Source: Candidatus Latescibacterota bacterium
GTDB lineage: Bacteria > Latescibacterota > UBA2968 > UBA8231
Direction of reading: 5' to 3'
Length of the DNA: 64,000 bases
NCBI GenBank assembly: GCA_965197905.1
Contig: CBDAOB010000004.1
Coordinates: 1,952,001-2,016,000, forward strand
Shown: one piece after another, positions 8,646-19,503 of the stretch
Position numbering within the stretch: position 1 is the first letter of the stretch
Layout: every line of letters starts with the position of its first letter
Translations under genes and position numbers: made by a program
The notes under the pieces: model-generated
Databases searched by the model: none
What the model saw: only the letters and a program-made list of their open reading frames with translations
Told to the model about the DNA's origin: nothing

Positions 8646-10613
8646 TCATTTGTTTTTGATCAGGTCGTCCACCACCCCCGGATCGGCCAGGGTCGAGGTG
8701 TCGCCGATGGAGTCGGTCTCATCGGTGGCAATTTTGCGCAGGATGCGCCGCATGATCTTTCCCGATCTCGTCTTCGGCAATCCGGGCGCCCAGTGAACCA
8801 CATCGGGCTGTGCGATCGGGCCGATCGCCGTCCGCACGTGGGCGCGGAGTTCCTTTTTCAGCTCTTCGGTGTACTCCTCTCCGACATTCAAGGTCACGTA
8901 GGCGTAAATTCCCTGGCCCTTAACTTCGTGCGGGAAACCGACGACGGCGGCCTCCGCCACCTTCGTATGTAACACTAGAGCGCTTTCCACTTCAGCCGTC
9001 CCCATCCGATGTCCGGAGACATTGATGACATCATCCACGCGGCCGGTGATCCAGTAATATCCATCTTCATCCCGCCGACAGCCGTCACCCGTGAAGTAAT
9101 ACCCTTTGTACTGCTGGAAGTAGGTTTTCTCAAAGCGCTCGTGGTCTCCATAAACCGTTCGCATCTGGCCTGGCCACGGTCGTTTCAGCGCGAGGACGCC
9201 GCTGACGTTGTTCCCCTCCAACACCTTCCCCGATTCAGGGTCGAGAACCACCGGCTCAATGCCGAAGAAAGGAAGCGTGGCTGACCCCGGTTTCGTCGGT
9301 ACGGCACCGGGAAGGGGGGTGATGAGGATGCCACCGGTCTCCGTCTGCCACCAGGTGTCGACGATGGGACAGCGTTGCTTGCCGGCGTTGGTATGATACC
9401 AGCGCCACGCCTCCGGATTGATCGGCTCGCCCACGGTGCCCAGCAAACGCAGGGACGGCATGTCGTATTTGTTGGGCCACTCCTCTCCTTCGCGAGCGAT
9501 GGCGCGAATGGCGGTCGGGGCGGTATAGAACTGGTTGACGTTCCACTTTTCGACCACTTGCCAGTAGCGGCCTGGATCTGGGTAGGTGGGAATCCCCTCG
9601 AACATCACGGTGGTAGCGCCGTTGCCCAACGGACCGTACAAGATGTAAGAGTGACCGGTAACCCAGCCGATGTCGGCGGCACAAAAGTAGATGTCGCCGT
9701 CGTGATAATCGAAGACGTATTTGTGGGTGACGGCGGTATACACCATGTAACCCCCGACGTTGTGCTGCACCCCTTTCGGCTTGCCCGTCGATCCGGAGGT
9801 GTAGAGCAAGAACAACGGGTCTTCGGCGTCCATTTGTTCGCACGGACATTCCGCATCCGCCCCTGCCATGAGATCGTGCCACCAGAAGTCTCGCCCTTCC
9901 TGCATCTGGCAGTCGAATTCCGAGTTCCCCCTGACCCGCTCGACCACCACACACGTCTTCACCGGTTTTCCCATCTGCTTCTGGGCTGCATCCATCGCCT
10001 CGTCCGCAACTGGTTTCATCAGCACCGGTTTGTCGCCGCGATGGGTGCCGTTGCAGGTGATCAGGGTCGTGCAGGTGGAATCGGCGATGCGGTCCGCCAG
10101 CGAGTCGGCCGAAAACCCGCCGAAAACCACCGAGTGCACGGCGCCGATTCGGGCACAGGCAAGCATGGCCACCGGCAACTCCGGTATCATCGGCAGATAG
10201 ATAGAAACTCGATCTCCTCGTCGCACCCCTTTTGATTTCAAGACATTGGCGAACTTGCAAACCTGCTCGTGCAAATCCCGATAGGTAATCGTCGCGTCTT
10301 CACCGGGTTGGTTCCCTTCCCAAATGATCGCAATCTGGTCACCGCGGTTCTCCAAGTGCCGATCCAAGCAGTTGTAGGCGATGCTGGTTTTGCCGCCGTC
10401 GAACCAGCGGAGGGAGATGGGGCCTTGCTCCACGTCGTAGTTGAACGAGCTTACCGCCTGCCACTTCTCGTACCAGTGAAACTCACCGGCCTGCTCCGCC
10501 CAGTAGGCGTCGGGGTCGGCGACGGAACGCGCATACTCGCCCGAATACTCCTCCATATTCTTGACGTGCGCGCGTTTCTGGAAATCAGCTGAGGGAGGAT
10601 ACAGTTCAGCCAT
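8646..10613 (-). CDS. acs: Acetyl-CoA synthetase
   Basis: [21 protein letters not shown] and [11 protein letters not shown] motifs. Confidence 0.95.
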   Translation of the reverse strand: MAELYPPSADFQKRAHVKNMEEYSGEYARSVADPDAYWAEQAGEFHWYEKWQAVSSFNYDVEQGPISLRWFDGGKTSIAYNCLDRHLENRGDQIAIIWEGNQPGEDATITYRDLHEQVCKFANVLKSKGVRRGDRVSIYLPMIPELPVAMLACARIGAVHSVVFGGFSADSLADRIADSTCTTLITCNGTHRGDKPVLMKPVADEAMDAAQKQMGKPVKTCVVVERVRGNSEFDCQMQEGRDFWWHDLMAGADAECPCEQMDAEDPLFLLYTSGSTGKPKGVQHNVGGYMVYTAVTHKYVFDYHDGDIYFCAADIGWVTGHSYILYGPLGNGATTVMFEGIPTYPDPGRYWQVVEKWNVNQFYTAPTAIRAIAREGEEWPNKYDMPSLRLLGTVGEPINPEAWRWYHTNAGKQRCPIVDTWWQTETGGILITPLPGAVPTKPGSATLPFFGIEPVVLDPESGKVLEGNNVSGVLALKRPWPGQMRTVYGDHERFEKTYFQQYKGYYFTGDGCRRDEDGYYWITGRVDDVINVSGHRMGTAEVESALVLHTKVAEAAVVGFPHEVKGQGIYAYVTLNVGEEYTEELKKELRAHVRTAIGPIAQPDVVHWAPGLPKTRSGKIMRRILRKIATDETDSIGDTSTLADPGVVDDLIKNK

Positions 10614-10825
10614 CGGGGAATTCTCCTGATAGATTTTTGCGTTTGATTGTCATTGGTCTTGCGATTGGCGGGTCGTCCCAGCAGGTAATATCATGAGTAG
10701 CCAGGGGTACGGAAAGGCCCCATCAATCCCGCACCCCTACTTTCTGGATGCCTGTACGAATCCAGATCTCCCGAACGGTCGGACGGAGAAGGCGCTCACC
10801 TTTGAGACGAGAGGCCGCCTGAGAT

Positions 10826-12055
10826 TCAGAGGATACGGCGTATGATTTGAACGGTTGCCTCAGCACCTTTGGCTACTGACTGGGAAGGCCCCAGCACGAC
10901 AATGCCGTTGGCTCCCAACATGGAGGTGAGCATGTGAGAACCCTGGCGTTTGAAGGCGGTTGCCTTTAGCACGCCCCTCTCGTAGGTGAGTCTTGCGCGC
11001 AGGTAATCGCGTCGCTCGCCGCGGTTTTTGACGTCATGCTCCATGATCGCTGTGGTCTGGGGCAACAGCCATTCGTCCTCAGGATAACAGGACGCTTTGC
11101 GGATGGCGGGGCGGACAAACTGCAAGAACGACATCATGCTGGACACTGGATTACCGGGGAGTCCAAAGTAAGGTTTGTTGCGCAGGGTGCAGAAGAACAG
11201 GGGTTTGCCCGGCTTCATCGAGACTCTCCAAAGACCCGCCTCAGCGCCCATCTCATCCAGCACCTTTTTCACGAAGTCGTACTCGCCGACGGAGACCCCC
11301 CCCGAGGAGAGGATGAAATCTGCCGCAAGGGCGGTCTCCACCGCCTGCCGGGTGGCTTCCTCGGTGTCGCGAACGATGGGCAACATCCACGGGAGCGCAC
11401 CGTGAGATCTGCACAACGCGGCGAGGGCGTAGGTATTGCTGTCGACGATCTTGCCATCTTGAAGAGGCTCGCTCAAATCCACCAGCTCGTCGCCGGTGGA
11501 GAGGATCGCCGCAGTGGGTCGGCGATAGACAGGTAATACGGGGTACTGCTGCGCCGCCAGCACCCCCAGCTCGCCACTTTCGCAACACGTACCCGCGGCA
11601 ATCAGGGTGGCGCCCGCCTGGATATCCTCGCCCCGTCGCCGCACGTTTCCGTTCATGGGTTCCGGCGCCAGGATATCCACCCTATCTGGCTGAGGTTGGG
11701 TGTCCTCGATGCGAACCACCGTATCTGCACCCGCGGGCAACGGAGCCCCGGTCATGATGCGGCTGGCTTGACCCTGGCCAACCGTTTCTAGCGGAATGCT
11801 ACCGGCCGGGATTTCCTCCACCACGGCGAGCCGGGCCGGGGCGCTTGCCGACGCGTCGCGCACATCCTCATGGCGCACAGCGTAGCCGTCCATCGCGGAA
11901 TTATCCAGTGGCGGATTGTCGTGGCGGGCGACGATATCGTTCGCCACCAGCCGGCCAAGGGCATCGATCAGGGAAACGCGCTCAACACCCAGTGGGACGA
12001 TCTTCGACAAGACGATCTGTTGCGCTTCTTCCGGTGACAATATGGGAGCATTCAT
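10826..12055 (-). CDS. moeA: Molybdopterin molybdotransferase
   Basis: SAMDGYA, IMTGAPLP, STGDEL, GGVSVGEYD, KPGKP and GLPGNPVS motifs. Confidence 0.95.
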   Translation of the reverse strand: MNAPILSPEEAQQIVLSKIVPLGVERVSLIDALGRLVANDIVARHDNPPLDNSAMDGYAVRHEDVRDASASAPARLAVVEEIPAGSIPLETVGQGQASRIMTGAPLPAGADTVVRIEDTQPQPDRVDILAPEPMNGNVRRRGEDIQAGATLIAAGTCCESGELGVLAAQQYPVLPVYRRPTAAILSTGDELVDLSEPLQDGKIVDSNTYALAALCRSHGALPWMLPIVRDTEEATRQAVETALAADFILSSGGVSVGEYDFVKKVLDEMGAEAGLWRVSMKPGKPLFFCTLRNKPYFGLPGNPVSSMMSFLQFVRPAIRKASCYPEDEWLLPQTTAIMEHDVKNRGERRDYLRARLTYERGVLKATAFKRQGSHMLTSMLGANGIVVLGPSQSVAKGAEATVQIIRRIL

Positions 12056-12253
12056 GGCGTGTGTACGCTCGACCTGACAGGGTGGTGCATATCTACCTCA
12101 CTGATGGATCGCAAGAAGATAACGGCCGCGGGGGCAGGTTCAAGAGAGCGGCGCGGCGGTCCCCGCCCTGGAGGTGTACAACCCTCACTCCTGCTGCGAG
12201 TTAGATCGCCATCTCGTTGATGATGCGCCATCCGTTGGGTATATTCTCCCCCA

Positions 12254-13357
12254 ATGACCCCACCCGAACCGATACAGTTTACTCGGGGTGTTCCCACTGA
12301 CGAAGCTCTTTGCCCCGAGGCGGTAGGAGCCTGCTGCACGTCAGCCCTTGCGAAGTTCGGTGCCGACGCTGTCCAATACGGCACGGTTTTCGGGTTCGCT
12401 CCACTTTTGCAGTGGCTGGCCGAACGCTACGCGGTGGGGATCGATCACGTGCTTGCTTCCAACAGCTCGCTGCAGGTCTTCGACCTATTATGCCAGGCCA
12501 TGCTACAACCCGGCGATTCGGTGTTGACCGAGGTTCCCACCTACGACCGGGCTATCGCCGTATTGCGCCGGCACGGCGCCAAGATTTACGGTGTTCCGCT
12601 GGAGCAGGACGGTCCTTCGATTGAGCAGCTGGAGAATCTGGTAGAAACACAAAAACCACGCTTCTTCTACGTCATTCCAGATTTTCAGAATCCTTCCGGC
12701 ATCACCTACTCCGCGGAAAAACGCGATCACCTAATTCGGCTAGCACGCAAACATCGATTTACGATCATCGAAGACACGCCCTATCGGCTACTGCGTTATC
12801 GCGGGTCCGACGAACGCACCCTGTTTTCGATCGCGCCCGAGCTGGTGGTTCACATCCTCTCGTTCAGCAAACTGATCGTCCCTGGAACTCGAGTCGGCGC
12901 ACTGGTGGGCCACCCGGAACTCGTCATGGAGATCGCAGCGCTTGCCGAGAATACCTACCTGACCCCCGGGATTCTCGGTCAGGCTATCGTCTGCGAGTTC
13001 TTGACCCAGGGTTTTCTGCAACCGCAGATCGAACGATTGAAATCGGTGTATCGGCCCCGCCTCGATGCCTGTTTGGACGCCCTCGACAAACACCTTCCTG
13101 CGGCGATATCGAGCCGACCTGACGGTGGCTTTTTCGTCTCGCTGGAGCTCCCGGCCGGGGTCGGAGCGCAAGGCGTACGGGAAGAGGCGTCGAAAAATCA
13201 CCTAACGCTCACCGACGGCGCGGCGTTTTTTCCGAACGGGGGCGGCGAACGGTTTTTACGCCTGCCAATCTGTTACCTGGATGCCGACCAGATCGCCCAA
13301 GGCATTTGCCGGCTGGCGCGTATTGTTGATTCGCAAACCAGCGGTTCCGGATCATGA
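12254..13357 (+). CDS. PLP-dependent class I/II aminotransferase (2-aminoadipate transaminase-like)
   Basis: PDFQNPSG, IIEDTPY, SFSKLIVPGTRVG and PDGGFF motifs. Confidence 0.85.
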   Translation: MTPPEPIQFTRGVPTDEALCPEAVGACCTSALAKFGADAVQYGTVFGFAPLLQWLAERYAVGIDHVLASNSSLQVFDLLCQAMLQPGDSVLTEVPTYDRAIAVLRRHGAKIYGVPLEQDGPSIEQLENLVETQKPRFFYVIPDFQNPSGITYSAEKRDHLIRLARKHRFTIIEDTPYRLLRYRGSDERTLFSIAPELVVHILSFSKLIVPGTRVGALVGHPELVMEIAALAENTYLTPGILGQAIVCEFLTQGFLQPQIERLKSVYRPRLDACLDALDKHLPAAISSRPDGGFFVSLELPAGVGAQGVREEASKNHLTLTDGAAFFPNGGGERFLRLPICYLDADQIAQGICRLARIVDSQTSGSGS

Positions 13358-13433
13358 ATCCGCCTCCGCTGGCGTCAAGCACAGCGGATCGAAATTGCTA
13401 TATTCTGCAGATCAAACACAAGGAGACTGCATC

Positions 13434-14462
13434 ATGAATCCCAAGGCGTTACTCATATCGGCAACAACCCTGATCCTGGCGTTTTTCGTCATGGCAGCGA
13501 ATGCCCAGACACGTGAGAAAGGGCCGTGGTGGCCGCACCCCCGCTGGGGATCTGAAGATCAGGCCGGCGGTTCCAACTGGATTACGGCGGAGAAGATTCT
13601 CCAGTCCATTCGCCTGGTGGACAAAGGCAAGGTCTACGAACTTGGGCAGGTGTACGAGCGCGGTATGCCGCTGTTCGGCCAGCGGACCTACGCCATGTTT
13701 ATCCCCGGCTCCCCCACGGGCGGCCCGTTCGGCGAGAACAACATGCTGATGTACCACGACGAGTTTCTGTGTGCCGAGATCGGGCAAGTGGGGACTCAGT
13801 TCGACGGTTTAGCACACATTGGCACGCGCACAAAAATGGCGGATGGATCTGTCGCCGACGTGTTCTACAACGGGTATACCGTCGACGAAATGGCCGGGGC
13901 GTATGGCGTCCAGAAGCTCGGGATTGAGCACGTGAAACCGTTTATCACCCGCGGCGTGCTCATCGACATTGCCGGCTACAAAGGAGTCGCGGCTCTGGAT
14001 CATAGCTACGAAGTTACCGTCGACGATGTCCGCGGGGCTTTGAAGCGACAGAATATCTCCGAGGAAAGCATCAATCCCGGCGACGCGTTATTCTTCAATT
14101 ACGGGTGGTCGAAACACTGGTCGAACGCGGAAAAATACAATTCCAATCCGCCTGGCATCGGCCTCGGGGTCGCAGGCTGGATCGTCGAAAAACAAGCCTC
14201 CATGATCGGCGCCGACCAGTGGACCACCGAAGTGGTCCCCAAACTGGTCGGCGATTTCCTCGGTGGCAAGCCAGTTCCCGAGCCTGGAATGATGTTCCCG
14301 GTCCACCAGGAGTTGATCGTCAAGGCCGGCATCTTCAACCTGGAGAATATGGTGTACGACGAGCTGCTGGCGGACCAGACGTATGAATTTCTGTTTGTCT
14401 TTACTCCGACTCGGTTCAAAGGAGGCACGGGTTCGCCGGGAAGACCGATCGCTATCCGTTGA
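13434..14462 (+). CDS. Cyclase / kynurenine-formamidase family protein with a signal peptide
   Basis: GTQFDGLAH, ITRGVLIDIA, HQEL..GIFNLEN and GGTGSPGRPIAIR motifs; AGGAG RBS; hydrophobic N-terminus ending ANA. Confidence 0.8.
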   Translation: MNPKALLISATTLILAFFVMAANAQTREKGPWWPHPRWGSEDQAGGSNWITAEKILQSIRLVDKGKVYELGQVYERGMPLFGQRTYAMFIPGSPTGGPFGENNMLMYHDEFLCAEIGQVGTQFDGLAHIGTRTKMADGSVADVFYNGYTVDEMAGAYGVQKLGIEHVKPFITRGVLIDIAGYKGVAALDHSYEVTVDDVRGALKRQNISEESINPGDALFFNYGWSKHWSNAEKYNSNPPGIGLGVAGWIVEKQASMIGADQWTTEVVPKLVGDFLGGKPVPEPGMMFPVHQELIVKAGIFNLENMVYDELLADQTYEFLFVFTPTRFKGGTGSPGRPIAIR

Positions 14463-14473
14463 ATACTACATAA

Positions 14474-15490
14474 ATGAGATTAGCAGTCGCCGTCGCTTTT
14501 CTGTTGACGGCACGGTGTACCGCCGCAGAGCGGGACGCGAATGCGCTGTCCCTGCAACTGCCCCTTGGGCTTCAGGATGAAGCGGCCTATCTGCCCGCCG
14601 ACAACCCACTAACCGCCGCCAAGGTGGCGCTGGGCAAGCAACTCTTTTTCGATCCACGTTTATCCCGGGACCTATCGTTATCCTGCGCCTCGTGCCACGA
14701 CCCGGAGTTTGCATTCACGGACGGGAATTCCGTTTCCCAGGGCATTGATGGTCACACTGGCCGCCGCAGCGCGCCGACGTTGGTGAATCGACTGTTCAGC
14801 AAGGAGCAGTTTTGGGATGGACGAGCCGCCGATCTCGAAGCGCAATCCAGAATGCCGATCACCGACCCGAATGAAATGGGGTCGGCGGCGAAAGAGGTCG
14901 TAGAGCGGATTCGTCGCAGTGACGGGTACCGCCGTCAATTCCGCGAGGTATTCGGTGCGGACGTGATCAGCTTCGACCGTATCGCGGATGCCATTGCCGC
15001 CTTTGAACGCACTCTGGTCTCCGGCGATGCGGCTTACGATCGGTTTGTGGCCGGCGACTCGACTGCCATAATTGTGGCGGCGATACGCGGAGAGAAGCTG
15101 TTCAAAGGCAAAGCCCAGTGTTTTAGATGTCATGCCGGTTTCAACTTCACCGATGAAAGCTTTCGCAACGTGGGCGTCGCGATGGACCAAAAAGCTCCGG
15201 ATCTTGGACGCTTCGAGGTGTCGGGCATTGCTGCAGAGCGCGGGGCGTTCAAGACGCCAACGCTGCGGGATGTGGCCCGGACGGCACCTTACTTTCACGA
15301 CGGGTCGGCTCCTACCCTGAAGGAGGTGATCGACTACTACGACCGCGGCGGGATCCAAAACCCCAATCTGGCCCCTGAAATAAAACCTCTGCATCTGAGC
15401 GCCCTGGAAAAAGCCGACCTCGTGGCATTTCTCGAATCGCTCACCGGCAACAGCCTGGGGTCGTTCGAGGCCCCTGCATTGCCGGAATAA
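14474..15490 (+). CDS. Di-heme cytochrome c peroxidase / MauG family protein
   Basis: LGKQLFFDPRLS, CASCH, QFWDGRA, CFRCH and FKTPTLR..TAPYFHDGS motifs. Confidence 0.9.
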   Translation: MRLAVAVAFLLTARCTAAERDANALSLQLPLGLQDEAAYLPADNPLTAAKVALGKQLFFDPRLSRDLSLSCASCHDPEFAFTDGNSVSQGIDGHTGRRSAPTLVNRLFSKEQFWDGRAADLEAQSRMPITDPNEMGSAAKEVVERIRRSDGYRRQFREVFGADVISFDRIADAIAAFERTLVSGDAAYDRFVAGDSTAIIVAAIRGEKLFKGKAQCFRCHAGFNFTDESFRNVGVAMDQKAPDLGRFEVSGIAAERGAFKTPTLRDVARTAPYFHDGSAPTLKEVIDYYDRGGIQNPNLAPEIKPLHLSALEKADLVAFLESLTGNSLGSFEAPALPE

Positions 15491-15526
15491 CACCTGCTCT
15501 GCCCTTTTGACCCAAAGCAGATCTAG

Positions 15527-16264
15527 ATGAGCCTCACCATCTGCGGGATCCTGTTTTTGCTGGTTGCACCTGCTACGGCACAAAGCAGTTCCGACGCGGC
15601 CTACACCGCGATCGAGGTTGTCAGGGGCGGCACCATACGGGGTACAGCTACCTGGGTGGGCAAAGAGGTTCGGCCGGACACGATTCGAATCGACAAGGAT
15701 CAGGCAATCTGCGGCGGGTTCAAGCTGTCAGAGACCCTTATTGTAGACCCCGTTTCGAACGGGGTAATGAATGCCGTTGTTGAGATTGTCGGCGTCGCTG
15801 CCGGCAAACCGTTCGAAGAGCTGCCAGCACCGCTCATTTCTCAGGAGTCCTGTGTATACGTTCCCCACATACAGGTGTTTCGTCCGCCGGCGAGCTTGAC
15901 CATTCGCAACAACGACGACCTGTTCCACAATATCCACGCATTCGCCGGTCAGACCTCCATGTTCAACGTCTCTCAACCATCCTACATCAAGAAGTGGCCT
16001 GTGCGCCTGGTGGAACAAGCCCGAATCGTCGACATCCGGTGCGACGTACACCCCTGGATGATTGCCTATCTTTATCCCGCAAAGAATCCCTATTTCGCGA
16101 TCACCACGGCGGATGGATCCTTCGAGATTACCGACGTGCCTCCGGGCGAGCATCTCCTTCGGCTGTGGCATGAAACGTTGGGCAGATCCGAGAAAAAGGT
16201 GGTCGTAGCCGAGGGGGCCGAAGTTGAGGTGGTGTTCGGAATCGAGGAGGCAAAACCGGAGTAG
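15527..16264 (+). CDS. Secreted cupredoxin-like / carboxypeptidase-regulatory-like domain protein
   Basis: Signal peptide; HNIH and CDVHPWM putative copper ligands; NPYFAIT..DGSF.I.DVPPG...L.LWHE. Confidence 0.7.
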   Translation: MSLTICGILFLLVAPATAQSSSDAAYTAIEVVRGGTIRGTATWVGKEVRPDTIRIDKDQAICGGFKLSETLIVDPVSNGVMNAVVEIVGVAAGKPFEELPAPLISQESCVYVPHIQVFRPPASLTIRNNDDLFHNIHAFAGQTSMFNVSQPSYIKKWPVRLVEQARIVDIRCDVHPWMIAYLYPAKNPYFAITTADGSFEITDVPPGEHLLRLWHETLGRSEKKVVVAEGAEVEVVFGIEEAKPE

Positions 16265-16280
16265 CACTCCGAGCCTCAAC

Positions 16281-17180
16281 TCAAGACCGTAGCCGCGACT
16301 CCTCAGTGCCAGACCGCGCTGTCAATTCGCCGGCTTCGGCGGGTGCCGTGACACGAGTGACTGCATCGAAGTCGTGACGGACCGCGAGAAGATTCACCAG
16401 GGCAAGGAAAAAACCGGCGATTACAAGCCATTTCAGCCGGCTCTCCTGACGACCCGTCACCCCGCGCAAGTAAAGGTAGGCGGCAAAGACTACCCAGGTT
16501 GGCAGAGTCAGCAGTATCTTCAGGTCTCCGGATCCCAGAAACTCCCCCGGGGCGCCGAAGAACCAAATAACTCCCATCACCAGGCCTATCGTAAACACAA
16601 AAAATCCGGCCCCGGCGAACCTATCTGTCGCATTTGCAGCGGTGTCCAGGGCGGGCAACCACGGGTTTAAACGACCCCTCTTGAGCATCCGCGTCTGCAC
16701 CATGACGATCACCGCCGCGGTAAAGGAGAGGGCGAACCCAACGATGCCGAGAAGGGTGGTACCAACATGCACCCCAAGCCAGGGATACCGCAGCAAGATC
16801 CACTCGGCCTCCTCGAACCGAATTGGCATCAACACGGGGTATAACAAGCCAAAGAACGCCAGCGGGGCTACGATGAAGCCAAGACTGCGAAATTGGGTAA
16901 ACCGCTCTATCATCTCGTTGGCCAGTACTACGGCAATAACAAACAGCGAAATAATCAGCAGCATGTCGGTAAACGGTGACGTGCCAGAAACGGCGAAATG
17001 GATCATTAGACCCACAGCGTGTACGCCCACGCCTACCCTCAGCGTTTTTCGGCCAAGCCCGATCCAGCTGCGCCGACCCAGGAAAATCTGCCCCTGAAAA
17101 AACAGGGATGCGGTCAGGTACAGGGCCAGCGAGACGGCAATGATGGCGGCGCAATCAGTGGTCACGTTCGTCTCCGTCAA
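16281..17180 (-). CDS. ccsA: Cytochrome c biogenesis protein CcsA family
   Basis: Multi-TM protein with conserved His (W.GVHV) and GLVMG.IW; overlaps the hemA 3' end, a common hemA-ccsA pairing. Confidence 0.7.
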   Translation of the reverse strand: MTETNVTTDCAAIIAVSLALYLTASLFFQGQIFLGRRSWIGLGRKTLRVGVGVHAVGLMIHFAVSGTSPFTDMLLIISLFVIAVVLANEMIERFTQFRSLGFIVAPLAFFGLLYPVLMPIRFEEAEWILLRYPWLGVHVGTTLLGIVGFALSFTAAVIVMVQTRMLKRGRLNPWLPALDTAANATDRFAGAGFFVFTIGLVMGVIWFFGAPGEFLGSGDLKILLTLPTWVVFAAYLYLRGVTGRQESRLKWLVIAGFFLALVNLLAVRHDFDAVTRVTAPAEAGELTARSGTEESRLRS

Positions 17181-18447
17181 GATCGAGCTGGTCCAGATCG
17201 AAGAGCCGCCGCACCGTATCCAGATGCAGATAACCGCCCTCGCTATTGGCGAATTCGCGGATCTGTACCAACGGATCGTGAAGCAGCTTGTTGCCGTATC
17301 CGCGCAAAAGGCCGATCACCGCCTCCCGATCCTCTGGGGTCAGCTGCTCCAGCTTGGACTGCCAACGTCGTAGCTCCGTTTCCTGTAGCTGTTGAGAACG
17401 CCGTTGAAGCGCGCGGATCAACGGCCCCGTGCTCAAGGCGTTGAACCAGTTCAAAAAGCCGCGAAGCTCAGTCTGTATAATCGACTGCACGATGGAGATC
17501 TCGCTCTCGCGTTCCTCCCGATGGACCGCGACCACCTGCTCAAGATTGTCGATATCGAAGACGAAGACGTTGTCCAACCCCCTCACTTCGGGTTGCACGT
17601 CCCGCGGCACAGCGATATCGATGAATATCAGTGGCCGACCCAACCGCGCTTTCATCACGCTGCGTACCGTTTCTTCGGTTATGACGAATTCGGTGGCGGC
17701 GGTGGAGGCGATGACCACGTCCACCTCTGCCAATCGGGCTTCCAGGTCGGTGAGCTGGATCGCCTCGGCGCCGAAGCGGGCAGCTATCTCCTCTGCCTTC
17801 GACCGGGTGCGATTGGCGACCAACAGGCTTCCGATACCGGCATCCATCAAGTACTGGGCGGTCAACTCGCCCATTTCGCCAGCACCGACGAGCATGCCAC
17901 GACGGTCCTCGAGGGTCTCGAAGATCCGATTGGCAAGCTCGACGGCGGCCGTGCTGATGGAGAGTCGGCCGCGTCCAATGTCGGTTTCCGATCGGGCGCG
18001 CTTGCCCACGCGGAGAGATCGCTGAAACAGTTCGTTGAGCACGATACGGGCGGAGCCACTCCTTTGAGCCAGCTCCAGGGCGTCGCGAACCTGCTTGAGG
18101 ATCTGAGATTCGCCGATGACCATCGAATCGATCCCGCAGGCGACGCTGAACAGATGCGTCGCCGTACCTTCGTTGCTCAATTCATAGAAATGGGGCTGCA
18201 GTTGGGCAACGTTGACCCCGTGGACCTCGTTCAGAAAACGGCGAGCCTCCATCAAACCGTTTCCGCCGTCACTGGCGACGTAGATTTCCGAACGATTGCA
18301 GGTCGACAGGATGGCGGCCTCCGCAAGGCCGTACTCCCCGGTGAGGCGGGGAAGGACGGTCTGCAACGAGGATTCCGGAAAAGCCAGCTTTTCGCGCAGT
18401 TGCACCGGAGCGGTGCGGTGGTTCAGGCCCAGCGTCAGAATGTGCAT
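17155..18447 (-). CDS. hemA: Glutamyl-tRNA reductase
   Basis: GLNHRTAP, LSTCNRSE, GESQILKQV, GAGEMG and DIAVPRDV motifs. Confidence 0.95.
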   Translation of the reverse strand: MHILTLGLNHRTAPVQLREKLAFPESSLQTVLPRLTGEYGLAEAAILSTCNRSEIYVASDGGNGLMEARRFLNEVHGVNVAQLQPHFYELSNEGTATHLFSVACGIDSMVIGESQILKQVRDALELAQRSGSARIVLNELFQRSLRVGKRARSETDIGRGRLSISTAAVELANRIFETLEDRRGMLVGAGEMGELTAQYLMDAGIGSLLVANRTRSKAEEIAARFGAEAIQLTDLEARLAEVDVVIASTAATEFVITEETVRSVMKARLGRPLIFIDIAVPRDVQPEVRGLDNVFVFDIDNLEQVVAVHREERESEISIVQSIIQTELRGFLNWFNALSTGPLIRALQRRSQQLQETELRRWQSKLEQLTPEDREAVIGLLRGYGNKLLHDPLVQIREFANSEGGYLHLDTVRRLFDLDQLDLDGDERDH

Positions 18448-18614
18448 TTCTAGCACGGGGAATGTTGTTTAGCTGTAAACGTGTAAGGTATCAATATACA
18501 GTAAACTTCAATCGTCGGTTCGCATCGCCGATCTTCCGCGAAACGAGAACACGGCGATCGACATCTATTGGTTAGAATCAACAGACCGAATACGCTATCT
18601 CAGGGGGATCGGTT

Positions 18615-19502
18615 TTGAGAATTGAGCGATGGATTTGGGTGTTGTTGTGGCCGGCCATGGCCAACGCGGGAGCCTGGACATTGCCGCAGGGCCAGCTCTG
18701 GACCAAAGTCAGCTATTTCTCCCAGGCGGCCGACGAATGGTACATTGCCAACGCCGAGTTCAGCGGGGAAGAGGGGTGGTTTCAGCCAGGGGATCGCAGG
18801 CCGTATCGATTCGACGGCGAGTACGATTCTCAGGCTGTTTTCTTCGAAGCGTATTTCGGCGTCAGCGATCGTCTCGATCTTGGTGTGCAGGTGCCATTTT
18901 TCGACCAGGAGTTCGCCGACGCCACCAGAGACGATCCTCCCGCCGACTCCGGCTTCAGCGATATTCGGCTCTTCACCAAGTTCAACCTGTTCCAGAAACC
19001 GGTCGTTTTCACGGCCAAAGCCGGCGTGAAACTGGCCACCGGTGACTTCCTCAATGAAGACGGTCTGATCCCCGTGGGAGAGGGGCAGCGGGATTACGAA
19101 TTCGCGGCCCAGATAGGCCGCTCATTCTGGCCACTGCCCCTCTACGCGAATCTCGATGCGGGATACCGGATTCGAACACGCAACGACGAGATCGAACGGG
19201 ATCCGGGCGACGAGTGGTTCTTCAACGGGGAAGTGGGCTACAACCTGACACCTAAGCTGCTCATTGCTACCAAGCTCGAAGGAATGCGGGGTGACCCCGC
19301 CATCGAATTCGGCATCCTGAAAAACCGATCGCAGATCAAACGCATAACCTATCTCGCGCCGACGGTCGCCTACACACTCAACACCCACGCGACCTTGGAG
19401 TTGGCTCTCCGGTACACCCTTAACGGCCGCAATTTCCCGGCCGGCCACCAGATCGTCCTTGGGGCTTCCACGAATCTATCCGTACTGGAACTGGGGCGCT
19501 GA
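18615..19502 (+). CDS. Putative outer-membrane beta-barrel protein
   Basis: Signal peptide ending ANA; aromatic-rich alternating beta-strands; paralogous to 34261-35145. Confidence 0.55.
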   Translation: MRIERWIWVLLWPAMANAGAWTLPQGQLWTKVSYFSQAADEWYIANAEFSGEEGWFQPGDRRPYRFDGEYDSQAVFFEAYFGVSDRLDLGVQVPFFDQEFADATRDDPPADSGFSDIRLFTKFNLFQKPVVFTAKAGVKLATGDFLNEDGLIPVGEGQRDYEFAAQIGRSFWPLPLYANLDAGYRIRTRNDEIERDPGDEWFFNGEVGYNLTPKLLIATKLEGMRGDPAIEFGILKNRSQIKRITYLAPTVAYTLNTHATLELALRYTLNGRNFPAGHQIVLGASTNLSVLELGR

Positions 19503-19503
19503 T

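Noticed and set aside
8613..10592. Long alternative-frame and antisense ORFs over acs (and similarly over hemA, modC and the RND genes)
   Set aside because: Expected shadows of GC-rich coding sequence, with no motifs.
10620..10825. Several hairpins upstream of acs (possible riboswitch or ncRNA)
   Set aside because: Short GC-rich stems with no family consensus I can recognise; an Rfam search would be needed.
12056..12253. Moco riboswitch upstream of moeA
   Set aside because: No recognisable consensus was seen.
18467..18480. GTTTA-GCTG-TAAAC palindrome in the hemA/barrel divergent promoter
   Set aside because: Too short to distinguish from chance without comparative data.
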